Below are positions 57,336 through 64,000 of a DNA stretch of 64,000 nucleotides, one piece after another. The position numbers and the translations under genes are program-made. The notes under the pieces are model-generated. The model did no database searches, was not told the origin of the DNA, and saw only the letters and a list, made by a program, of their open reading frames with translations. Numbering within the stretch: position 1 is the stretch's first letter; each line of letters begins with the position of its first letter. This DNA comes from Sediminibacterium sp. (GTDB lineage: Bacteria; Bacteroidota; Bacteroidia; Chitinophagales; Chitinophagaceae), in assembly GCA_027487895.1 (NCBI GenBank), contig JAIYCS010000018.1, positions 37,995 through 101,994 on the forward strand. Direction: 5' to 3'.

Positions 57336-58892
57336 TTATTCCTGAATTTGTTTTTGAAAGCTAATATGGTACTCCTGAATTTGGCTTGGGTTTGTTGGTG
57401 TTAAAGTGAAACTAATTTTTATGGTTCCATTTTTTGCATGCAAATAATAGTAGCCGCGTAATTCATTTTCTGGTATCATATCACCGGTTTTATGTACCGC
57501 TCCAGCCGCATCAAAAATGCTAGTTGCCTCTTTAATGAGCGCATCTATTTTATAGTCATCAAAAAAGTTTTCGGCAAACAAATTAGAAGCTGCTGCATTT
57601 TTCCAACTAGGTAAGAACTCCGTTAATTTTGCTTGCGCATTTTTTAATATGGAAGATGCCGGTAAAATTCTAGGCTGTAAATCAACAGTACCCATTCTTA
57701 AAAGCGTATCAATAACCATGGTATTAAACAATGCAGTTGGCGCATAAGTTACATTTGCAAGTAGTATAACGCCGAGTCCATACTCAGGAAGGATTCTCCA
57801 ATTGCTACCAAATCCGGGAAGACCACCGCTATGCGCAATACTGGTGCGGCCCGAACAATCTTTTAACCAGCTTAATCCATAACCATAGGCGGCCGTTGTT
57901 GCGCAGGCTCTACCAGAAGGGTATTTATAATTAGCATTGAGTCCTATAAATCTGCTAGGCTGGTGCATTTCTCGAATGCTGCTTCTTTTGATAGGTCCTG
58001 TTTCAATATTGTTTCTAGGAGGCCACGCGTCTAAATGAAGTGATACATATTTACTAAAAGATGCTACACTTGTAATCATGCCACCCATGGCGCCATAAAT
58101 ACCATCATGTAATAATGGCTCTTCTGTCCAATTATTATTAATCCATCTGTATCCATGTGCGAGCTTTGCATCATCAATGCTGGAAAACTCCCAGCTGGCT
58201 TCCATGTTAAGTGGCTTCCATATATTTTCTTTAATGTAAGCGCCGTAATTTTTACCTGTTACTTTTTCTATGATATAACCAAGCATGGTAAAACCTACAT
58301 TGCTGTATTCATAAGACAAACCAGTAGCGGTAGAAAAATGTATTCCTTTTTTGATGAAGGCTAAAAATTCTTGAGACGTTTTTTCTAGTTGACGGTCTCC
58401 CCACGGATTGTCTTCTGGAAATCCTGCCGAGTGCGTGAGTAAATCTCTAATTGTAATGGGAGCAGCATCTTGTGTGAGCCCTTGATTTTTTAATTCTGGA
58501 ATGTATTTACTCACGGCGTCATCTAAATGTAATTTACCCTCATCCCTTAATTTCACAATCGCCATCGCAGTAAAGCTTTTAGACATTGACGCTATTCTAA
58601 ACATACTAGCCGTGGTTGCAGGTGTTTTGTTGCCCAAATTGCTATAGCCACCGCTTGTTGTATATACTAGCTTTCCGTCTAGTACAATGCCAAAACTGTA
58701 GCCTGGAAAATGATTGTCGGCTGCATATTTTTGAACCATTTTTTCAACCACCGGAAATGCAGTACTTAATTTTTCGAGTCTGTTACTGTCTTTAAAAAAA
58801 GGAGGCAAATAACCTTCTTGTGCCGAAATAAAAAATGGTAGCAACCCAAAAGCTGCTACCATTTTAAATATCAATAATTTATTTTTTTGCAT
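57336..58892 (-). CDS. serine hydrolase of the beta-lactamase (class C/PBP-like) family
   Basis: SxxK (SMSKSF), YxN (YSN) and HSG motifs. Signal peptide. 518 aa. Confidence 0.85.
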   Translation of the reverse strand: MQKNKLLIFKMVAAFGLLPFFISAQEGYLPPFFKDSNRLEKLSTAFPVVEKMVQKYAADNHFPGYSFGIVLDGKLVYTTSGGYSNLGNKTPATTASMFRIASMSKSFTAMAIVKLRDEGKLHLDDAVSKYIPELKNQGLTQDAAPITIRDLLTHSAGFPEDNPWGDRQLEKTSQEFLAFIKKGIHFSTATGLSYEYSNVGFTMLGYIIEKVTGKNYGAYIKENIWKPLNMEASWEFSSIDDAKLAHGYRWINNNWTEEPLLHDGIYGAMGGMITSVASFSKYVSLHLDAWPPRNNIETGPIKRSSIREMHQPSRFIGLNANYKYPSGRACATTAAYGYGLSWLKDCSGRTSIAHSGGLPGFGSNWRILPEYGLGVILLANVTYAPTALFNTMVIDTLLRMGTVDLQPRILPASSILKNAQAKLTEFLPSWKNAAASNLFAENFFDDYKIDALIKEATSIFDAAGAVHKTGDMIPENELRGYYYLHAKNGTIKISFTLTPTNPSQIQEYHISFQKQIQE

Positions 58893-59650
58893 TAATCTCT
58901 ACTTGATAGTTTGCTAAGTAATCTTAAGATTTCTAAATATAACCATACAATGGTTACCATCAATCCAAAAGCAGCATACCATTCCATAAATTGAGGCGCA
59001 CCACGCTGGGCCCCTTGCTCAATCATATCAAAATCTAAAATTAAATTGAGCGCAGCAATCGCAACAATAAATAAGCTAATGCCAATACTTAACATTGAGT
59101 TATCTCTAACAAAACTTACGTCTACGCCAAATAAGCCAAGCACCCAAGTAAGTAAATAAAAGATAGCGATACCAAGCATGGCGCTCATGATCATCGATCT
59201 AAACTTCTCGGTAGGTTTAATAATTCTAAAGTTGTAGAGTAAAAACATAGCAACAGCCACTCCAAAAGTGAGGCCTACAGCTTGTACAACTATACCTGGA
59301 TAAAAAGCATCGTTAAACACTTTAGAAATAGCGCCTAAAAATAAGCCTTCAAGTATGGCATAGGCAGGAGCCAGTGCAGGTGCCCAATTGGGTTTAAATG
59401 TGATTGCAAGGGCTGTGATTAGTCCACCTATAACACCCACAATCATAAGGGTTTGTGCAAGTGAAGGATTGTTTTGATCAATTAAATGCCAAGTGTAACC
59501 AGCGCCAGCAATTACACCAATAAGCATGAGTCCAAATTTGTTCATGGTGCCTCTCACAGACATGGTGCCTGCTGCGTTAGCCTGGGCGTGACCCACCTTA
59601 TCAAACATTTTTTCTGAAAGGGTTGGATTTCCTGATTCAAATAGTGCCAT
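58892..59650 (-). CDS. Bax inhibitor-1/YccA-family membrane protein
   Basis: 252 aa with about 7 TM spans and a charged C-terminus (LEILRLLSKLSSRD) typical of BI-1 family proteins. Confidence 0.8.
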   Translation of the reverse strand: MALFESGNPTLSEKMFDKVGHAQANAAGTMSVRGTMNKFGLMLIGVIAGAGYTWHLIDQNNPSLAQTLMIVGVIGGLITALAITFKPNWAPALAPAYAILEGLFLGAISKVFNDAFYPGIVVQAVGLTFGVAVAMFLLYNFRIIKPTEKFRSMIMSAMLGIAIFYLLTWVLGLFGVDVSFVRDNSMLSIGISLFIVAIAALNLILDFDMIEQGAQRGAPQFMEWYAAFGLMVTIVWLYLEILRLLSKLSSRD

Positions 59651-59671
59651 GGTTGTTTAATTTTTGTTACC

Positions 59672-59679
59672 CAAATATA
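59672..59679 (-). promoter_or_regulatory. candidate -7 box (TAnnTTTG) for the BI-1/serine-hydrolase unit
   Basis: The minus strand reads TATATTTG, 21 nt upstream of the ATG at 59650. Confidence 0.4.
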
Positions 59680-59785
59680 CAATAAGATTCATTTTCAAAG
59701 AACCCTCTTTTCAATACTTTAACAGTTAAAAAACCATTGGCTACCTCCTCAGTAAATTGTAACTTTACCGCAATTATAGAAGCTC

Positions 59786-61633
59786 ATGGAAAAGAAGGAA
59801 ACACTACTACAGGACGTCGTAATTAAGTTTGCTGGTGACAGTGGAGACGGTATGCAATTAACCGGTCAGCAGTTTACCAATAACACGGCATTACTGGGTA
59901 TCGACCTTGCTACTTTTCCTGATTTCCCCGCCGAAATTCGTGCCCCTATCGGCACCCTTCCAGGTGTGAGTGGATTCCAATTACGTTTTTCTAGTGACCG
60001 CGTTTTTACACCAGGTGATGATTGTGACGTACTCGTTGCGATGAACGCAGCTGCTTTAAAAGTTAATTTAAAAGCCATTAAAAAAGGCGGAAAAATAATT
60101 GCCAACGTAGATGGATTTGACGCCAAAAATTTACGCTTAGCCAATTATCCAGATGGCGTGAACCCCTTAGAGGACGGCAGTTTGGAGGGTTTCGAACTTA
60201 TAAAAGTAGACGTTACCAAACTTACCCGCGAAGCATTAAAAGACTTTACTGACCTGGGTACCAAAGAAAGAGACCGTGCAAAAAACATGTTTGTACTAGG
60301 TCTTATTTATTGGATGTACAACAGAAATTTAGACAACACCATTACTTTTTTAAATGAAAAGTTTGGTAAAAAAGATACCATCCTGCAAAGCAATATTAAA
60401 GTGTTGCAAGCGGGTTTTAATTATGGTGATACCACCGAAACTTTTTCGAGCCGTTATAGGGTAGAAAAGGCAAAAATGATTCCCGGAACCTATCGTAGTA
60501 TCATGGGTAACCAGGCCCTTTCGATGGGATTAATTGCGGCTAGTCAAAAATCGGGGTTATCTATTTTTTTAGGTACTTATCCGATTACGCCTGCTTCCGA
60601 TATTTTACACGAACTCAGTAAGCATAAGGCTTTTGGGATTAAAACCTTTCAGGCCGAAGATGAAATTGCCGGCATATCGGCAGCCATTGGAGCTAGTTAT
60701 GGTGGTTCTATTGGCGTAACCACTACATCTGGGCCAGGTATGGCGCTTAAAACAGAAGCGATGGGTCTTGCTGTAATGCTCGAGATTCCACTTGTGATCA
60801 TTAATATCCAGCGTGGTGGTCCATCAACCGGACTTCCTACCAAAACAGAGCAAAGTGATTTGTTGCAAGCGTATTATGGTAGAAACGGCGAATGTCCAAT
60901 GCCTGTTATTGCATCTTCTACACCCAGCGATTGTTTTGATGCAGCCTATGAGGCAGTGCGCATAGCTGTGCAACATATGACGCCAGTTATACTATTAAGT
61001 GATGGTTATATTGCCAATGGCGCAGAGCCTTGGAAGTTTCCAGTTGCCGCAGATTTAGCCCCGATTCAAGTAAGTTTTAAAACAACACTTGATGAAGGTG
61101 AAACCAAGTTCATGCCGTACAAAAGAGATGAAAAATTAGTGAGGCCATGGGCCGTTCCTGGCACTGCAGGTTTTGAACACCGTATTGGTGGCATCGAAAA
61201 GCAGGATGTTACGGGTAACGTAAGTTACGATCCGGAAAATCACCAACATATGGTGAACACCCGTCAGGCCAAAGTAGATAAGATTGCCGATTATATTCCA
61301 CTTCAACAACTAGATAGTGGTCCGGAAACTGGAAAAGTACTCGTTCTAGGTTGGGGCTCTACCTATGGTGCGATCAAAACAGCTGTTACAGAATTACAAG
61401 CAGCAGGACACGCGGTAAGTCATGCACATATTAAATACATGCGTCCGTTTCCAAAAAATTTAGGAAGTATTATTGCAGGATTTGATAAAGTATTAATCCC
61501 TGAACTTAATAATGGTCAACTCATTAAAATAATAAGAGACCAGTATTTAGTAGATGCAAAAGGATACAATAAGGTAATGGGTATTCCGATTACCAAAACC
61601 GAAATTATTGATACGGTACTAAATATGTTGTAG
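59786..61633 (+). CDS. korA: 2-oxoacid:acceptor oxidoreductase alpha subunit (fused gamma-alpha type)
   Basis: 615 aa with N-terminal FAGDSGDGMQLTG (gamma-like domain), then GNQALSMGLIAA...YPITPASD (alpha domain). Confidence 0.9.
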   Translation: MEKKETLLQDVVIKFAGDSGDGMQLTGQQFTNNTALLGIDLATFPDFPAEIRAPIGTLPGVSGFQLRFSSDRVFTPGDDCDVLVAMNAAALKVNLKAIKKGGKIIANVDGFDAKNLRLANYPDGVNPLEDGSLEGFELIKVDVTKLTREALKDFTDLGTKERDRAKNMFVLGLIYWMYNRNLDNTITFLNEKFGKKDTILQSNIKVLQAGFNYGDTTETFSSRYRVEKAKMIPGTYRSIMGNQALSMGLIAASQKSGLSIFLGTYPITPASDILHELSKHKAFGIKTFQAEDEIAGISAAIGASYGGSIGVTTTSGPGMALKTEAMGLAVMLEIPLVIINIQRGGPSTGLPTKTEQSDLLQAYYGRNGECPMPVIASSTPSDCFDAAYEAVRIAVQHMTPVILLSDGYIANGAEPWKFPVAADLAPIQVSFKTTLDEGETKFMPYKRDEKLVRPWAVPGTAGFEHRIGGIEKQDVTGNVSYDPENHQHMVNTRQAKVDKIADYIPLQQLDSGPETGKVLVLGWGSTYGAIKTAVTELQAAGHAVSHAHIKYMRPFPKNLGSIIAGFDKVLIPELNNGQLIKIIRDQYLVDAKGYNKVMGIPITKTEIIDTVLNML

Positions 61634-61634
61634 G

Positions 61635-61790
61635 CTAGTCTTTATTACCCGCCGAAAATATTTGATCTACAGCGCCTCCAAGCATTGGAAATTTCTCTTT
61701 TACAAAACCTGCGATGGTTGCAATGGCTTGTTGTGCTTGCTCTGGTGTTAGGGCCGCTTCTTTAACTAGGCGTTCTACTAATTCGTTCAT
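61635..61790 (-). CDS. small helical hypothetical protein (51 aa), not in the ORF track
   Basis: Own translation: MNELVERLVKEAALTPEQAQQAIATIAGFVKEKFPMLGGAVDQIFSAGNKD. The ATG lies 11 nt after the clpX stop, on the same strand, and the ORF fills the whole clpX-korA gap. Confidence 0.5.
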   Translation of the reverse strand: MNELVERLVKEAALTPEQAQQAIATIAGFVKEKFPMLGGAVDQIFSAGNKD

Positions 61791-61801
61791 ATCAATTTGT
61801 T

Positions 61802-63037
61802 TTAAGCAACTTTTAAAGAACTCAGTTTACTCTTGCTAAACTTTTGTTCTGCGTAATCAAGGGTTACCGTAAATTTTTTGGTATCGGTGCCTGGAAGTTC
61901 AAACATCGCGTCTGTCAAAATACTTTCGCAAATACTTCTTAAACCTCTTGCGCCAAGTTTGTATTCCATGGCTTTACCTACCATAAAGTCAAGCACTTCG
62001 TTTTCAATAATAAGTTCAATGCCTTCTAGTTCAAATAAACGGTTGTATTGTTTGAGTAACGAGTTTTTAGGCTCCGTTAAAATGCTGCGCAAGATGCCAG
62101 CATCAAGTGGCTCAAGGTGCGTTACTACTGGAAGTCTTCCGAGCAATTCAGGAATGAGTCCAAAACTTTTTAAGTCTTGCGCATTGATAAATTGCAATAA
62201 ATTTTTTCTGGCGTTTTCCTGCTCGTCTTTATTAACGCTAAAGCCAATGGCATTGGTATTAATACGTCTAGCAATTACTTTATCGATACCATCAAAAGCA
62301 CCACCGCAAATAAATAAAATATTTTTAGTGTCTACTTTGATCATTTTTTGTTCGGGGTGCTTACGTCCACCCTGCGGTGGTACGAGGGCTTCGGTGCCTT
62401 CTAGCATTTTTAATAAACCTTGCTGAACACCTTCGCCACTTACGTCACGCGTAATAGAAGGGTTGTCTCCTTTGCGCGCGATTTTATCAATTTCATCTAC
62501 ATAAACAATACCTCTTTCGGCAGCTGCTACATCGTAATCACAATTTTGCAATAAACGCGTAAGCATACTTTCAACATCTTCACCTACGTATCCGGCTTCT
62601 GTAAAAACAGTGGCATCAACAATCGCAAACGGAACATTTAAAATTCTAGCAATGGTTTTAGCGAGCAATGTTTTTCCGGTTCCGGTTTCACCCACCATGA
62701 TAATATTGCTCTTTTCAATTTCAACATCATCTGCTTGTGGCTTTTGTGCCACACGCTTAAAGTGATTGTATACCGCTACCGATAAAATCTTTTTTGCATC
62801 GTCTTGACCAATGATATACTCGTCTAAAAACTTTTTTATTTCTAATGGCTTGCGCACATTGAGTTTAAAGTTGCCTTTATCACCTTCTTTTTTAACCGTT
62901 ACTTCTTGCGCAATAATTTCTTGTGCATGCTCTACACAGTTTTCACAAATGTGCGAGTGTTGGCCTGCAATAAGAATTTTTACCTCATCGCGACTTCTTC
63001 CACAAAAAGAACAGGTTAATTGATTTGCTTTTGCCAT
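61802..63037 (-). CDS. clpX: ATP-dependent Clp protease ATP-binding subunit ClpX
   Basis: N-terminal C4 zinc finger (CSFCGR...CENC), Walker A GETGTGKT and full ClpX blocks. Confidence 0.97.
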   Translation of the reverse strand: MAKANQLTCSFCGRSRDEVKILIAGQHSHICENCVEHAQEIIAQEVTVKKEGDKGNFKLNVRKPLEIKKFLDEYIIGQDDAKKILSVAVYNHFKRVAQKPQADDVEIEKSNIIMVGETGTGKTLLAKTIARILNVPFAIVDATVFTEAGYVGEDVESMLTRLLQNCDYDVAAAERGIVYVDEIDKIARKGDNPSITRDVSGEGVQQGLLKMLEGTEALVPPQGGRKHPEQKMIKVDTKNILFICGGAFDGIDKVIARRINTNAIGFSVNKDEQENARKNLLQFINAQDLKSFGLIPELLGRLPVVTHLEPLDAGILRSILTEPKNSLLKQYNRLFELEGIELIIENEVLDFMVGKAMEYKLGARGLRSICESILTDAMFELPGTDTKKFTVTLDYAEQKFSKSKLSSLKVA

Positions 63038-63051
63038 AAAACGGTTGCTCC

Positions 63052-63684
63052 TTATATCTTTTCTAGTACACTATCTACAATGCCATACGCCACAGCCTCT
63101 TTGGCATCCATCCAATAATCACGGTCAAAATCTTGCATGATTTGATCTACTTTTTTGCCACAGTTTTCTGCTAAAATACGCGCGCCAATTGCTTTGGTTT
63201 TTATGATTTGTTCGGCTTGAATTTCAATGTCAGCACTGGTGCCCTGCATATATCCACCAAGGCTTGGTTGATGAATCATTACTTCGCCGTGCGGATAAAT
63301 ATAACGCTTGCCTTTAGCACCTGCGCTTAATAAAATAGAACCCATGCTAGCCGCAAGACCCATACATATCGTAGATACCGGGCTTTGAATAAGTTTCATG
63401 GTATCGTACATGACCATGCCACTTGTTACAACACCACCTGGGCTATTGATATAAAATTTAATTTCGGCACCTGGCTTATCTGCGTCTAATAACAATAGTT
63501 TGTTTACTACTTCTTTAGCAGATTTATCATCTACCACACCCCATAAATAAACGGTTCTCTTTTCAAAGAAAAGTTTTTCCATTTTTTTCATGAGCATGCC
63601 ATTATTTTCAGGCTTGTCTTCTTTTACACTTTCTTCCTCGTCGTTCATGAGGTAAGGATTTACAATATATTTTAAGTCTGTCAT
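63052..63684 (-). CDS. clpP: ClpP-family serine protease paralog with divergent, extended N-terminus
   Basis: The Ser/His/Asp contexts are conserved (GLAASMGS, VMIHQPS, DFDRDYWM). The canonical N-terminal axial-loop sequence is replaced by an acidic extension (MNDEEESVKEDKPENNG). Confidence 0.85.
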   Translation of the reverse strand: MTDLKYIVNPYLMNDEEESVKEDKPENNGMLMKKMEKLFFEKRTVYLWGVVDDKSAKEVVNKLLLLDADKPGAEIKFYINSPGGVVTSGMVMYDTMKLIQSPVSTICMGLAASMGSILLSAGAKGKRYIYPHGEVMIHQPSLGGYMQGTSADIEIQAEQIIKTKAIGARILAENCGKKVDQIMQDFDRDYWMDAKEAVAYGIVDSVLEKI

Positions 63685-63691
63685 GATCTTA

Positions 63692-64000
63692 TTATTTATT
63701 TTCTTTGCGTGGGTTGGTTAATAAAACTTCATCTACCAGTCCATATTCTTTTGCATCAGCGGCGGTCATCCAAAAATCTCTATCGCTGTCTTTTGCAATA
63801 GTAGCTTCGTCTTTGCCAGTATGATGCGCAGTAATTGCGTATAATTCTGATCTTAATTTTTTAATTTCTCTTGCTGTGATTTCAATGTCAGTTGCTTGAC
63901 CACCAATCGCACCACTTGGTTGGTGCATCATGATACGACTATGCTTAAGTGCGGTACGTTTTCCCTTAACACCAGCGCACAATAAAATTTGTCCCATACT
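63692..64000 (-). CDS. clpP: ATP-dependent Clp protease proteolytic subunit, C-terminal 102 codons; gene continues beyond the right edge
   Basis: (S)[28 protein letters not shown] and [10 protein letters not shown] match canonical ClpP. The reading frame is open to position 64000. Confidence 0.9.
   Translation of the reverse strand, partial: SMGQILLCAGVKGKRTALKHSRIMMHQPSGAIGGQATDIEITAREIKKLRSELYAITAHHTGKDEATIAKDSDRDFWMTAADAKEYGLVDEVLLTNPRKENK

Noticed and set aside
61878-62426. 182-aa plus-strand ORF inside clpX
   Set aside because: It is entirely antisense to a high-confidence clpX gene. The Ser/Leu/Pro-rich, low-complexity translation is typical of the shadow frame of a real gene.

Overview
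This is a densely coding, moderately AT-rich chromosomal segment that I assign to Bacteroidota. The grounds are a SusC/SusD pair, recurrent TAnnTTTG -7 boxes, no Shine-Dalgarno-like motifs before start codons, and several Bacteroidota-type conserved hypotheticals.

I call 55 protein-coding genes. Two are truncated by the window edges, and one 51-codon ORF is missing from the ORF track. I also call two hairpin terminators, one 2 x 15 bp tandem duplication and several candidate promoter boxes.

The content is overwhelmingly housekeeping:
- Core genes: rpoN, gatB, alaS, the mreB-mreC-mreD-mrdA-rodA cell-shape operon, purD, acs, eno, nth, galE, prfA, korA and clpP-clpP-clpX.
- Transporters: MMPL/RND, SusCD, POT, OPT, MFS and an ABC ATPase.
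- Regulatory modules: an ECF sigma trio and an OmpR-type regulator with its kinase.

I saw no rRNA, tRNA, CRISPR array, transposase, integrase, phage gene or recognisable defence gene, and no clear island boundary. I therefore do not find a convincing new multi-gene system; the window reads as ordinary core genome.

The leads most worth a second look are:
1. An orphan 720-aa exported protein (49435-51597) with a possible His/Cys hydrolase module.
2. A 1117-aa Omp85-type barrel fused to PD40-like repeats (45377-48730).
3. Tandem clpP paralogs before clpX.
4. A DUF1800/DUF1501 pair behind two peptide transporters.
5. acs divergent from an MFS carrier plus a tiny membrane protein.
6. -7 boxes lying 4-6 nt from ATG codons, which may indicate leaderless mRNAs.

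All family assignments come from motif recognition by eye. No searches or statistics were run.
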